Source: Paraspadella gotoi (Eukaryota > Animalia > Chaetognatha). From it: a DNA stretch of 64,000 nucleotides. Positions 10,293-23,900 of this stretch are shown in pieces (position 1 is the stretch's first letter; each line of letters opens with the position of its first letter). The translations under genes were made by a program, and so were the position numbers. The stretch is taken from contig CM119271.1 in NCBI GenBank assembly GCA_051294375.1, positions 4,014,434 to 4,078,433 of the forward strand. Direction: 5' to 3'. Under the pieces are notes generated by a model that was given only the letters and a program-made list of their open reading frames with translations, was not told the origin of the DNA and searched no databases.

Positions 10293-13200
10293 CTGGAAAA
10301 TAAAAAACCCAACCAGAAAAAAGATAAAAATCCTCTCCCATCTCAGAGGTGTTACCTCTAAATATCTTTAGGATATGTATATTACCGCCGGCTCGATGCT
10401 AGGTCCAGCAGATCTGCTTCACCTCTACCATTCTCTATTTCAGAGTATCGCCAACATTATAATGTAATGAGGAATGCTGAGTAATGGAGAAAGAACACAA
10501 CAATGCGGAGAAAGCATTAGATAAATAACCCTGACGACCCAGACCAGATAGATAAAACCGTATGATCCGGATCAACAGGATACTATCTCGCAGGAGATTT
10601 ACCAAAAGTTAGTACCGGAGATCGTTGGTATGACTTTTTGCCAGGATAGTTCCTATGAATTCTAGTAAAATAGCCTTCATCTGAATGGAAAAATTAAACT
10701 TAATAGGGAAGGATTATTCCGCTTTAATACGATAAATGAGAGATGGAAATCGGTTATTCCTCCCAGACACGAAAGCGAATTTTTGCAGTTATTAGATCAT
10801 TGTAACCCTCTCTCACTTCTCTTCCGCTGGTGTGTATAATCTGTGTATTAGTATGTTAAGTTATAGAACGATTCCACCGCGTAATGTTATATTTTTAATA
10901 AATTTTTATTAATAACCTATAATATGTTAGCTATAAGGTATTAAAAATATAAAGGAATGATCATTAGTTTTTTGATCTAAAATAGCTTGAACTAAAAGTA
11001 ATATTCCTAAATTTTCCATTGGAAAGCACTATAAATTATTAAATAAATAATATTTAGTCAGTACGTTACTAAACCCAAGTAAAAATCAAAATACACTAAC
11101 CTATTAAACTTTAAGGCCCACTAAAAAAAGATTAAAAGGTTTCATAATTATATTCTTCATAACTTTTAATCTATTTTGAGCTCGGTTATGGCTTAAATTT
11201 GCGCCTTTATTATCCTTAGAGATTACTGCTCAAATTTAGTTATTAAAATTATTTATCAATATTTCCCTCAGGGAATCTGCCTAAGTGGCTATTGCTTTTA
11301 GTAATATCAAAAGGTGTTTTGGACTAAATTGGTTACCCAAATTACATACTATCTTGTGCTGATGAGCGTATTAATTGTTATTCTCCAAGAGGACACATTA
11401 AAATATTAATGATCTTTTATGTTAATAGACACATCCATTTAAATCTAAAAATACACCCGTATATTACAACATAAAAAATTAAATCAGTTAACATATTTCC
11501 TTTTTGATAATCATTACTGAACGGTTTTGCCTTTTGTATCTAGATTAGCTAGAATGTGCACTTTGATGATTGTACGTCGTTTATGCATTCAAGTCAATCT
11601 TGTTATTTTGGTAATTTACGTCCTGTTCCTTAATCTTCCTTGTTATCATATGAGCATAACTACGTATTACTCGAAGAGAGGAGTTAAGATAAGGTAAATG
11701 TGAAAAGCTATGAGGTGCTTGACGTAGACCTCACTGGGGCGGCGGGGAACGAACCCGTCCCACGGGTTCGGAAAGCCTGACTTTCTTAGCTCGTGCAGAA
11801 GATATTTTCTCGAGTATTTGACAAAAAGGGCCAAGATAAATAAAAAGTATATGTAAAATTTATCCTGGACAGATTTTTATGTCTGATGCGGTAAACCAGA
11901 TTAACTTCGTCTCTGTGCTTTTTTCTTTCGCTTCGGTTTTCTTAGAGTTATTTGACTAGTTTCCCTGTTTTGGAGTTGTGATTTTTTATAGAAATATGTA
12001 AGTGGATTAGAACAAACTGCTGAATTTGTGTATGTTCCCCCTACGCAGATTCGCGTCTCTCTCTCTCTGCCTCTCTTGTAAGCAATCAGTTCTAACACTT
12101 TCATGCGATCCATCGGTATACATACCGGTCTCTGCATTGCTTGCTCTCTCCTCTATCTGGCTCTTTCATGCTTCTTTGCTCTTCATGCCGTCCATTTTCT
12201 TTTTATCTTCTATTGCATGATGTTCTCATTAAAAACTAGTTGTATCCCTTGGCCAAGGGTACTAATAAAACTTACATATCTAAAGACCTTGTATCCTACT
12301 GTTCTATAGCATTTATATATCATGTCTTTATAGTTTTAAATCCGTGACTGAATAAACGTCGCATTAGTTACAGGGAAGCATAGAAAGTCAAGTGAGAGAG
12401 ACAGCGGATTCTACTAAACTTAGAGGTGCGAAAACACAAAAAAGAAGGAAATAATTGTGAGAATTTATAATATGAATGTATGATTTCTGTATGTTTATTT
12501 ATTATGAATATTCTTATAATATAAAAAAAGCAAGTTAAATTTTAATTTATGATGTATGCAACAAACAAACAAAACTGCGACCCAGGCTCCCCTTACGACT
12601 CATCTATGATCCCGCTCACTCTTCTCATCGTGCGAAAAAGCAGATTTCGTACCACTCAAGCTACTCGCGCATAGAAACATATGAAGCAAAGTTATGTACA
12701 GCAAGAACTCTTTCCTGCGATCGTCTGGAGCTCCTTAGCATTAAATTTTGCGTCAGCGCTCCATCGTTTTCACTTATGTTATACTCGACAGGTACTTGAT
12801 ATAAAGAGACAAGAGCCACAGTTTTATTCAGTCCCCAGCCAGCGCGGGTCGTACCCGGCCGCGCGGTCGATTAGACCTTACCGCTACCGCCTACTTTGGG
12901 AATTCATAATTAACATGAAGTGTATATTCGGAGCTCTCCGTCGCTTGCTGTGTGCACTATAGTTAGCTCCCATGTCCTGCCCTGGGCGCGGAAGAAAAGG
13001 AGAGTTATTGAAATAAATAAAGGGAAACAAAAAGTTTTTTTTGATTTAAGTTCATTGAGACAGTGTCGGAATTGTATGTATCGGTTCACCTCGAGTAAGG
13101 ATGATCCCTGGGCGAACCTGATCCAACGACAACAAAAAGAATTGTAAGAGAAAGAAAGAATGAGTGGCGACACGAATAGAGAAGAGAAGAGAGATAGGTG

Positions 13201-15979
13201 AAGAGGTGAGAAGAGAGATCAGAGGAGAGGAGAGACAGTGAGAAGATAAAGATGTATGGAGAAACGATAGAGGTAATTAAAGATGTATAGAGGAGATGAG
13301 GAGAGAAGTAGAGAGGGAAAGATACGGAAAGATTATAATGTAATGCGAAGATATACAAAGAACAGATAGATTTAATTAGAGCGAGAGGAGACGTGATAGA
13401 ATTAGAGAGACTGAACATCTCTTCTCTTATCTCGCGCTCCGTCGCCTAGCGCGTACCTCCTCTGATGATATGATTGAGTCATACTCGAAGATTTTTTCGC
13501 GAAAAAAAGGATCTAAATTGCCTCTTGGATCTCGATTGATTAGCGAGTCCAGGCGTTTTTAACGGGAAGTTAAAACAAATAAATAAACGAATAGTTAAAA
13601 GAAAAATATAAATAAGAAAAGTAAAAGAAAAGTCCATTATTTCGACTCGAAAGGAATCGATTATTGAAAGATGTTCTTCAACGTCCGTGAGAAGTTGGGT
13701 GAATGGCATTTTTTTCTCTGTGAGAGTGAGTTGCTTTTTTCATTCGTCCCCGCACCCTTCTGCCTCCTCTTAGTTGTTAAAGGCAATCTGGTTGGAAAAA
13801 ATCTAACTCAGCCAACTTCTTTCTCCATATCGGACTTTATAATTAGCCTTAACCTCCATACATGAAATTTTTTCGTCCTTCTTTCGACTGCGTCATAATA
13901 TATATAAAAAACTCTTTAATTCCGAATGAGTAGTGGCTCTTATTCTCTTTTACTTCTAGAGGGTACAAAAAATATATATATTGAAGTGTTTGGTGCTCCT
14001 GAGTACGCACTAATATCTTATCTAGATCAAAACGCTATAACCTTGCTATATTTGTGAAAAACAAGCGGAACTAAAATATCTTGATTACATGCGAATAATC
14101 ATATTAAGTTGTGAGAGAAGTTAAAAATCTTTATAATGGTGCAGAAAACATTCGACAGCAAGGATAACGGTAAGGATGATACAAAAAAAGAAAAAAAAAG
14201 AACCGCGCTGGAAAGAAAAATACTATAGAAAGCAAGAGTAGTTCGAATAAAACAGACACTCATCCTGTTCAACTTATGTGTATTGTGTATTTTCAAAAAT
14301 ACGCGCTGTGTTATATGTGCTGAATAGAAAGGTTGTTGTTCCTTTGGTACTCACTAACCCTATCTCACTATCAATTTTTCCAGTGTAGAAACAACACAAA
14401 ATATTAACATAGTCACTCCACTGCTACATACACATTTTTGCTCTTGACTATACTGTATCATATAAGGATAACTTGTGTATATACTACATCCATTTATAAA
14501 TAACTGATCTAATAAAGTTAGCGTAATAGCAAATGTCCTGGTGTGTTAAAATATTAAATCCTATTATCTATGATGTTATCTCTGATCTTTTTTAATTAAG
14601 ATTCAATCAAACTCGGTTCATACAGTTTTTTCCTCATATTTCCCTTTTTCTTGTTTGACTTAAGAAAGAAGGTTTTGATTGATTGTCTGAAACTAATTCA
14701 ATTATTCTGTTTAAAACACTATAGCATAATAAACTTGGGAACTGTAGGTTTAATAAGTTTTATTATAAGTTTTAACACTTAGTTGTAGAGCTTGCAATAA
14801 AATAAAAAATGACGCATCAGGCTAACCTGCAGCAAGCCTTTTACCATATTATTACTTTCTTTTACAAACCAATACCACTCTCATTCAGGGTCGATCACTA
14901 AAATCTTCACCAAAGAGTTCAAAATATCTAAACAGAAGGAAGGAAAGGTTTTGTTTTACCTAAACTATCAGGTAAATTGTACATATACTTTTTATTTATC
15001 TTGGCCCTTTTGTAAATCTATACTAATGCCATACTAATTAAATATAATATTTTCCTCTTAGTTTAATTATGTTTGATACATATTCACAAACAACATTACT
15101 TGATCAATAATATATGCAATCTAGCTATTCTATAAAAAGGCAAAACCAGTAGATTCCAAAATTGTACTTTAATTTTTTATGATATACTGTTTTAGATTTA
15201 AATCTGTTTTAAAAAACAATAAAAGTTTATAATTTTCTTGAGAAAACATTTACTCATAGACAAAAGTAGTAATTGGCCATTTTTCCAAACACTTTTGATA
15301 TTTACTAAAAGCAAAGACTTAGCAGATTCTTGAAAAATATTGATATTTTTAATCTAAATTTGACAGTTCTCTGGTAATAGACACATATACAATATAAGAG
15401 CTCAAAAATTTAAAAAAGTTTGAAGAATATAATTATAAAATTTTAATCTTTTTTTTTAGCTTTTAAGTTTAATCATGTGTATTTTGATTTTATTTTAGTA
15501 AGTACTGCCTAAATATATTTTTTTAATATTTATTCTTCACAAATTTAGGAATAACTTTTAGTAAGTATTTTATCAAAAAACTAATGATCATCTTTTATAT
15601 TTATATTATTAATATTATATTATTAATAAAATTGGGATTAAAAATAAAAAGTTTAATAAAAATAAAAAGTTTACATTCAAAATATTTTCAAAATTCCCAA
15701 ATCAAGTATTGATTTAATCATTATTTTATTAAAAATCTTTAAATTAATTTCACATTATAAGATTTACGATCAAAGAAAACCGCAAAAGTACTCGATCACT
15801 TGGAAACTCTGGAGATCTCCTTCTCCGGTCAAGTTTTTCAGGCTTATCAGTTCCCAACTGTCTTCTACAGACAAAAAAGAACCTAATAAAATGAGTCGTG
15901 ACCCTTTCATCTGGTTTAATTAAAAATTTGGGTAACTCTAATGGATAATTTTATCTTTTTTTGGTTTTTTTATTTCCAG

Positions 15980-16167
15980 AAAAAGACAAATGTCTCGCTC
16001 TCAAAGGCTGGAGAGTCAACAAATGGCCGACGCGGAGAACAACGAAAATAAGAGAAACAAGAAACAAAGAAAACAAAGGAAAACAAAGAAAACGAGAAAA
16101 AGAAACGGGAAGGAGAAACACACTGAGGAAAAAGCTGAGCGATTTGGAGTCGCAGTTGGGAACGCAG
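15980..16167 (+). CDS. Coiled-coil exon, probably ERC (inverted-arm copy)
   Basis: Acceptor ttttttatttccag, donor GCAG|GTTAAA; MSRSQRLESQQMADAENNE...TLRKKLSDLESQLGTQ with indels; its position relative to the 5' LTR mirrors 9959-10292. Confidence 0.5.
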
Positions 16168-16462
16168 GTTAAATTAGTTTTTAAATATAATTCAATGAAA
16201 TCGTTTATTATATATTTACATAGTATGCATGAAAAATTTCTTGTTTTTGTGAATAAGGAACAGTTTTTAGAGAGAGAGCATGAAGATTGAAAGAAGATCT
16301 TCCTTTAGATTTAGAATTTATTTCACAATCCTAAAGGTAAATGAACTAGGAATGTAGGAGAGTATTAAAAGCCGTTCAGAGTTTGATATTTGAAATGTTT
16401 TAGTCCATGCCGAGATGAATAAAAAGGCATATTAACCCACTATACTCGGGCGTCAGGAGGAG

Positions 16463-18512
16463 TGAGGCGACTTACCACAGGTCTCTCTCTCTAAACCCTT
16501 CCTCTCTCCTCTTTCTTCGAGCCGGGTCGATCCAAACACGGTCACTTTGTCCTAGCTTTGGCAATGACCTTAGTTTGACCGGACACAGTAATAGGGCCGA
16601 GGGACCGTAAAGGTCAAGTTGGTCCGGGCGATGATAAAAGTGGATCAGGAGAGAGCTAGACTCACTTCTTTTCTACTTCTGTTACAACGTCACAATATCC
16701 TTCACTCTCTCTTCATATTTATTATTACATTTTTTCTCGTCTTCTACCATTGGTGATCCCGACTAAAAGATAAGTAACCTTTCTGATCATTTTTTTTTTT
16801 AATGATTTATGATTTGAATTGATCAATGATTGATCGATTATTTTATTCATCAGTCATTAAATAGGCGGTTTAATTTAGTGAAAAAGATTCACTCAGTTTC
16901 ACGGCCTATTTCGCGATCAACGCATTTTTCTTCAGATTTTTAAAACTAAAAAATTGACAACGCATTTTTCGCAATTTCTATTTGTTCTCAGTCGCGTCGT
17001 CTGACGTTTCGTTTTCCACGTCCAACATTTTTCATCACTTACCCGGATTACTAGCAAAAGCTCAAGATTAATTCTTTTTTTATTAGGCGTTTTCAACGAT
17101 TTTGTATTTGTTTTGCAAATTCGATACTAACCCTAATCGGACTTTTATCCTTTTATTCGGAAATTTTAAAATTAGCTCTAAGTTTAAAAATAAAACTTCA
17201 TAAACTTAACTTACGGGTAATGTAAAAAACCGTCTCGCCACGCGTTTTTCAATTTTACCGCGCCGTATTAAACAATTTTCATCAGAGAATTTTGCTAGCT
17301 CTATTCTAAACGGATTACGCGAAAATTTTCTTTCGGATTTTTCCCTTGATAAAAAGATTGGAAAAATTTTTTGACTTTTCTGTTCGGCAGCAGAATTAGT
17401 ATTTTTTTTGGTTACAGCAAAATTTTTAGCAACATTTCTCCACAACCGTCATGGAACACCTAGTTGGACATGGAAGCCCCTGCCGGACGTGGAGTTCGCC
17501 GCGCCTCGACCTCCACCTTCTGCAGGGAAACCCAAGCGACGCCGTATGGAGGACGCCACCCCACACCCGCTATCACCATCTCACCGCCACCCGGTTTCAT
17601 AGCGCCACCATCACCAGAGCAGTTCGACAACGACCGCTTTTCAGACCCGCGCGGCGACCGGCCACAGACCAGGCCCCAAAGCCCTGGCCACACCCCCTCG
17701 ACCAATGTCGGATCAAGTGCGACCGCACCAAGGGTCATCAAGCGGTTATTGATGTCGTTCACCAACCGGATCAAGGATGTGGAAGCCAAAACAAGGCAGA
17801 GTAAATGAAAACATCATAAGCTCTATCCAACACCTCACGAAGAGAGATCCAAAGGCTAGTGGAAGCTCAGCCGGTCACTACAGGAAGCACCAGCATGTCC
17901 GACAGGTACCATTTTTGGCCAACGTATGTGTCATTATGCAGGTCAAGCTATCCAGGGAGACGTCAGCCGCATGGAGCCTCCTCCCTCACGCAAAACCCCG
18001 ATGGATCTGGAGACGCAAGCCACCAGCCGTTCGAAGACGCCAAAGTTGCCGGCCTTTTCGATGTCAGCAACATCCAGCCTGGCTTGCTGCAGTCGAGGGG
18101 AGTTTCCGCCTTCGCTTCAGTTCATGCGAACAAACTCAAAAAGCTTTACTTCTCAGTGCGATTTCGCAGGGAGCATCAGTACTGTCAGAGGTTTTTATAC
18201 GATGATTCACCCTGTGTCGGCGTTACCAAACTCTGAAAAACAGCTTAACGAGTTGGTTTGCCGAAAAGCCCCGGCAAAAGGCGCAAAGGCTCTAGGACAT
18301 CACTCCCTTCCAAGGACGACGTCCGCTCGCAGTTTGTTGGGCCGCACTGCGTGCAAGGTTCGAAATCCCTCAGATCGGACCCACATCCTCAACGCGATCC
18401 TTGCCTAGCGCTCCCGGCCCATGTGGCTGGAAGGGTAGTTAGGACGGGACGAGGACGCCGGGGCGATCGCCAAAAGGCCGACGCATTATTATTCGCCCAA
18501 GGCATAATATCT
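16463..18512 (+). mobile_element. Inverted partial copy of the same gypsy element (5' LTR, PBS, leader, gag), truncated by the gap
   Basis: LTR 16463-16749; gag peptides match those at 6500-7500 (MCHYAGQA...PMDLETQATSRSKTPKLP). Confidence 0.9.
16751..16763 (+). other. Primer-binding site, tRNA-Trp-like
   Basis: TGGTGATCCCGAC directly after the LTR CA; one mismatch to TGGTGACCCCGAC, the complement of the tRNA-Trp 3' end. Confidence 0.8.
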
Positions 18513-18612
18513 NNNNNNNNNNNNNNNNNNNNNNNNNNNNNNNNNNNNNNNNNNNNNNNNNNNNNNNNNNNNNNNNNNNNNNNNNNNNNNNNNNNNNNNN
18601 NNNNNNNNNNNN
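18513..18612. other. Assembly gap (100 N)
   Basis: Run of 100 N. Confidence 1.
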
Positions 18613-19027
18613 GAGAGAGAGAGAGCGGGAAATCGGGAAAATCGGCTTGGATGAAGATCAATTAAAAAATGCACAATAAGAAAGTTAATGAGTCGCTTCA
18701 GTGTGAACGAAGTGAAAGACAATATAATATATTAAATGAATGGATAGTTTGTACCAATTTCATATATTAGCTTGTATAGTGATTTTGTAAGGTTAGGTTT
18801 ATACTTAAATAGTTAAATAAGCCAGAGCAATAAACGCTCTGATAAAAAAAACTAATGTCACAAAGGGGATTAATCACACAAGTGACATGCGCCTTTCTGT
18901 TGAAAGGCGCTTTGCAATATGCAATAAGATTAATGCTTGAGGCGAACGTAACTACATAAGGAATGAAATTAAAACTTTTTGTAGATAAATAGTATTTTCA
19001 AAAAAATTGGAATACTATTTATAATAA

Positions 19028-19740
19028 TTTTTTAGTCGGATCTGCTTATCAGCTTATCAGCAGATCCCGACTCTATAATATTCACTTTGTCGGTCCGTTC
19101 GGTCCGCCCCCTCAATATTGTCGGGCACTAACTTATATCATGTCTGAACATCGAATTATGTGGATAAAAATTATGCAAAAAAAATGATGACCGTCTTGAA
19201 TCCGTCCGTCACCGTCCGCCGCGTCGCCGTTCCGTCCTCCACGCTCTAGCTGTGTGTGGTTGGTAGGGAAGTGTGTGGGATTGAGCTGTATATAGGAAGT
19301 TTCGATGGAATTCGTCAAAGTGGAAATGAGTTTAAATGGAAAAAATAAAAAAAATAGAATATTCAACATATATTGAAAAGCGCGGATTGACCGTTGAAAT
19401 TTTTTATTTGCGTAGGAAAGTGTGTGCTTAAGCTGGAAATCAAGTTTCGATGGGAATCATTTGAGTGGAAATGAGTTTAAATGGAAAAACAAAAAACCGT
19501 GTTTCACCTAATTGAATTATCTTCTTTTTCCTTTATATAAATTGTAAATGAAGGATGTATTAATAAATCAAATAATTAATCAGTTAATTAATCAATTAGT
19601 CAATTAATTCGTGATTGGCTGGTTGGATTTGGAATGAAATTTTGTGTGTCGGGTAGGAACAGGATTGTGAGATGCAGATTAATGCGTGGATATAAAGATT
19701 TCGATGGAATCGTGCGAGTGGAAATGAGTTTAAATAATTG
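19028..19740 (+). mobile_element. Helentron-associated non-autonomous element (HINE/DINE-1-like)
   Basis: T-run, hairpin AGTCGGATCTGC...GCAGATCCCGACT, CTATAA, then GTCGGTCCG/GTCC microsatellite-like tract and three internal repeats ending GTGGAAATGAGTTTAAAT. Copies at 41545 (+) and 58319 (-). Confidence 0.6.
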
Positions 19741-22700
19741 CAGTGAGCAGTCGGCGTCGACTCACAGCCACACGTAGAGGGACGGCGAATCGAGAAACTG
19801 ATTAGAGGAAGGAGAAGAGATGCGTCCAAACGCAGTCGTCAACTACAGGAAGAAGCCGTTGGATCAACAGGGCAACAACGAAAAGCGTCAACCCACATGT
19901 CAATCGAACGAACGGGAATCCGAAGCCAAAAGACCATCGTTAACACTCTTGCCAAAGAACATGCTAAGTTCGGGAAGAAGCATGGTATCTGTGCTGCGAA
20001 TAAACGAAGGTTGCTCCAAATACGAGGGAGATGCAATGCAAGGGAGAGCGAGAGGGAAAGGAAAGGGGGACGACGTCCGTGAAGCCGTCGCCCCAAGCTT
20101 CAACTCATTCACCAGCGCCCAGCAGTCTCCTCTACATGCAGAGACGCCAAAGAAGGAGATACGCAAATGGTTTCGTCTGAGCGGAGGGCGCCCTACTCTC
20201 ACACGTTCTGTCCACGCCACTTCTCAGAAACAACGCCATGAAGCGCCCAGATTCGAAGATAAAGGCTACAGGCGGCCAATCCGGCTCACAATAAAGCTGC
20301 TAATGGGACGACGAGAGAGGACGGTACAGACTGGGTAATCATCAATTTGGTATAGCGAATTTGCCATAGGCGACGCGTCAGACAACACATCCTTGGAGCG
20401 GGATGTTTCTCGCTGAGAATTTCCTGGCCTCCAATACTGCGAGATGGTTGTTGCTTGACGCTCCGCGGATACTCGAACCATCGCGGCGTCCACTGCGTTC
20501 AGAACCCCTCAACCACATGTCAGTTTGTGTAGATCGGCAAGGAGAACGAAATTATAAACTCCTCGAGTCTTATCCGTCATTATTGACGGCCAAGCTTCGA
20601 GTTGGAAGGAACTCAGGCACGGGGGGTTACACACTCAGATCACCGAACGGAAGGAAGGCACCTTAGTAGCAAATGACACAAGGACGCCGGTCCGCCTCGA
20701 TGCGGCGGAGAAAGTGGCCCTTCGCGCAAAACGGGACTCGAACAAGATGGTAATCGATCGGCGTCGCAAGCGAGGGTGGTTGACAACTTTGGCTGGCTTG
20801 GCTACGGGGAATGCTGTGCTGCGTTAGGTGCCTATCGTAGCTGCTGGCTCTGCTGGCGTGCTTTCGGCTTTCTTCGGCGCTCCCAGCGTGGCCAGAGGGG
20901 CTGTGCGCTCGGCGACCCTCTGGGCCATGGCTGGGACCCGAGTGCGACGGACTGTAGGTCCGCCTCGAAGCCCGTCCACCGTCACAATTTTTGTCGGCTT
21001 GGCCTCACGTGGCGCATCAATTATCGACGTCCGGACCTCGACCGATCATAGGGTGATGTGTATTGGGGAGACGACGCATTATTTTTTCACGAACTAGGGT
21101 TCGGTCCGGTTGGCCGGCCGCGTGGAGCCCCCTGCCATGACTTTGACCGCGCTCTTGAAGGTTTGGCGCGAGAGGGCGTTGGCCACAAACGCTCAGGCCT
21201 ACATTCCCTTAAAATAAGCGTGCACGTGCGTATGCTCTTGTGCACTATAGAAGGATGTTCCCATAGACGATACCCGGAAGTGGATCGATTCGGGAAGAGA
21301 ACAAATCTCCTGATATACGATGAGCGGTCGCCAGAGGGAACCCTCTTGGGCACCAAGTCCGCGTGCGGAGAGACGATGCATGTTGCCCACTGGCCTTTTT
21401 GAATCCGCCGTACCCGCTCGGTATTCACGCCGTAGGGGAGAGCGACAGTGAGTGGCGACGGCGAGCGCGGCGACTCTCAATCGAGACACAGGGGCTTTGG
21501 TGATCGTATAATCAGGGTAAATGATCTACCCCTTCGGACCAGTGCCTGAATTGGCGGACCCAGCTTTGAAGGCACGGCCACATAAAATCGTTTGCTTTAA
21601 TCAGAACGGAGATGCCATAAGCCGGTTAGTTTTTTGGCGGCTTGGGGCCAAGAAAAGGCGCAGAGGCTTCCATCACTTTTGGGGCCTCTTTGCTCCGTAT
21701 CGCCTCCAATGTTGACGGCCAAATCTGAAGGCATCCCGTTGTTGATGCAAAGTTTTGGCCTCCGTTGTCTAGGATGATGGAGTCATGGCCGGCTGTTGGA
21801 ATTGAAACCGCGTTGTTGACGTCGTTGTCCAGTCCAGGATTTTTGGGCTTTGCCACTGAGGGCCTCGTACAGAGCGATGCTGGGGCGACTCTGGGGATTA
21901 AACAGCCTGTAGTAATTTATCCTCCAGAATCTCTGCATTTCCTTTATCGTCGTGGCGGCAGCATCTCCTGTAGGTTTGAACGCGTTCTGGAAGCGGGCTT
22001 CACATCTGTCTTATCGGCCGCACGGTGGCAGGTCTATTTATCGTTCTCTGCTTCTGCGTCCTCCTCCCTCAGTGACCCAGCCCAAGTCCCCACCGCTCTC
22101 CCCACCACAACCATCCCCTTTACGAAGAAGAAAGAGGCAAAAAGAACACACAACATGAAGAGGATCGAAAATATCAGCGAAACAATCACACTAATCACAG
22201 TCTAGTCGCCTCAAGAGTGTAGCAAGATCCGAACACCTTAAAAATACCTGTACGAGTGTTGGGAGCTTCTTCTCCGGCATCCTCGGTCTTCTCGTCCTCA
22301 TCGTGCTCCAACTGTCAATTGTAGCACTTAGTTATATAAAGTATTTTATGTATTTGGGTATTTTTGAATTTTTGTAATTTTGGTATTTTTCGTTTTGAAA
22401 CACGTTTTTTGCATGTATTTACGGGTTACAACGACCTGGTTGTGATATTATTGTTACTTATAGTAGATTACTATTTATTTATCAACATTCTGTCATTCAC
22501 TGCAAGATAGACGCAACATTATTTTGTTCTGTATTTTAGACCATTATTAGTAACGGGGGCATGTTAGGCCGTCGAGTGAATCAAATCTATACAAGAATAA
22601 TTCTGCCATTTATGGGTTCGACCATCGACTCAGAGCTGCTGGGACAGCTGAGTTACAATCAGAGCCATCCAGCGCCCTGATTCCTCAGGAATCTTAAACC

Positions 22701-23290
22701 TACTTTTAAAGCTTTAAAACTAAGAAAACAGTTGGGCGCGGACATGTCTTTGGGAAGGCATTTAGCGTCCCTGGATGCAATCGTTCGACGATTTCAACTC
22801 GACAACTGCAGCTTACAAAACGTGACGGCGTCAACTTTCGAATCTTAGAGCTTCAAAGTGGCACCTCTCAGGCCGCGCCGGACGGATCACAGTCCACTGG
22901 GCATACAAAACCCGTTATCCTACTCGCCGAGCAATCCAACTCAACACGTTTTCGTTCAGCGGAGCAGGGTTCACGTCCTCAGCACTTACAGCACCTATGA
23001 ACGGCTTACCGATTGTGTAGGCGAATCGGCAAGGCACTTTAGCATGTCACCCATCAAAAAATCCCAGTAGAGGCCGCGCTGAAACGCTTAAACTCAGGCC
23101 CGTAGCGTCAAAACCAGCGTGGGTTTTCGCGACAGAGACGTTGGAGGTTGTTCAGGACATCTCAGCGACGCCCAGCAGACGCCAGCAACCGGCCTACGAA
23201 CGAGGAACGCGGCAAGAAAACAACTGCGACACTCCGTTGTTCAGAAGATATTCAGACGCGCGGCGTCGGCCCGAACCGGCTTCCTCCTCC

Positions 23291-23330
<40 letters not shown>

Positions 23331-23853
23331 CTTTGATTGTTCCTTATAACGCTTTGGCTCGAGTTCCCCTTTGTTTACTTCCAGGATAAACAAATCCTTT
23401 CCTTTTTACCTTTTTTCCTTCCTTTTCTTTCTTCCCTTTCCCCCGATTTTCTTCTCCGGTTTTCTTTGTTCTCCTTTCCACCTTTTTCTCTCTTGAGGAA
23501 AATTACCGGGTGTTTATGTTCAAATGAAATCATAAGAACACTAGCTAATGTAAATAAGCTATTTTTATTAAATAATTTTGAGAAAATCTTTATCAAAGTT
23601 CATCCATAATATTTATTAAAATATTACTAATAATTAATTAGAGCACAATATTTAAAATAGATAGTTTACCATCACTCGAATATAAACACGGGGTAGGTGT
23701 GCTCTGTTTCCATTTCGTAGGCTTGGATCGTTTTTTTTTGTTCATTGTTTGTTAAATTATAAAACAAGGACTAAAAGATTTGTTTTAATTCTCTTTTATT
23801 ACTCTTTCCCCTACCTCTTAAACAGAAAATATTATTTTCATTTTTTAGAATCA

Positions 23854-23900
<47 letters not shown>

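Larger units (their letters stand above)
6510..18512. repeat. ~12-kb inverted duplication (palindrome), centre ~13.1-13.6 kb
   Basis: Reverse-complement pairs: gag 6510-7500 vs 17480-18500; LTR start plus flank 9520-9800 vs 16280-16520; 10280-10330 vs 15950-15990; 11080-11170 vs 15410-15490; 11831 vs 15004. Confidence 0.85.

Noticed and set aside
11734-11800. Functional tRNA gene
   Set aside because: Only a B-box-like motif; I could not build a full cloverleaf.
14889-14971. Further ERC exon (ctctcattcag acceptor, CAG|GTAAAT donor)
   Set aside because: Splice sites are plausible, but the two arms disagree and give no consistent peptide.
16463-18512. Independent second gypsy insertion
   Set aside because: Its upstream flank is the mirror of the first copy's flank, so it belongs to the palindrome.
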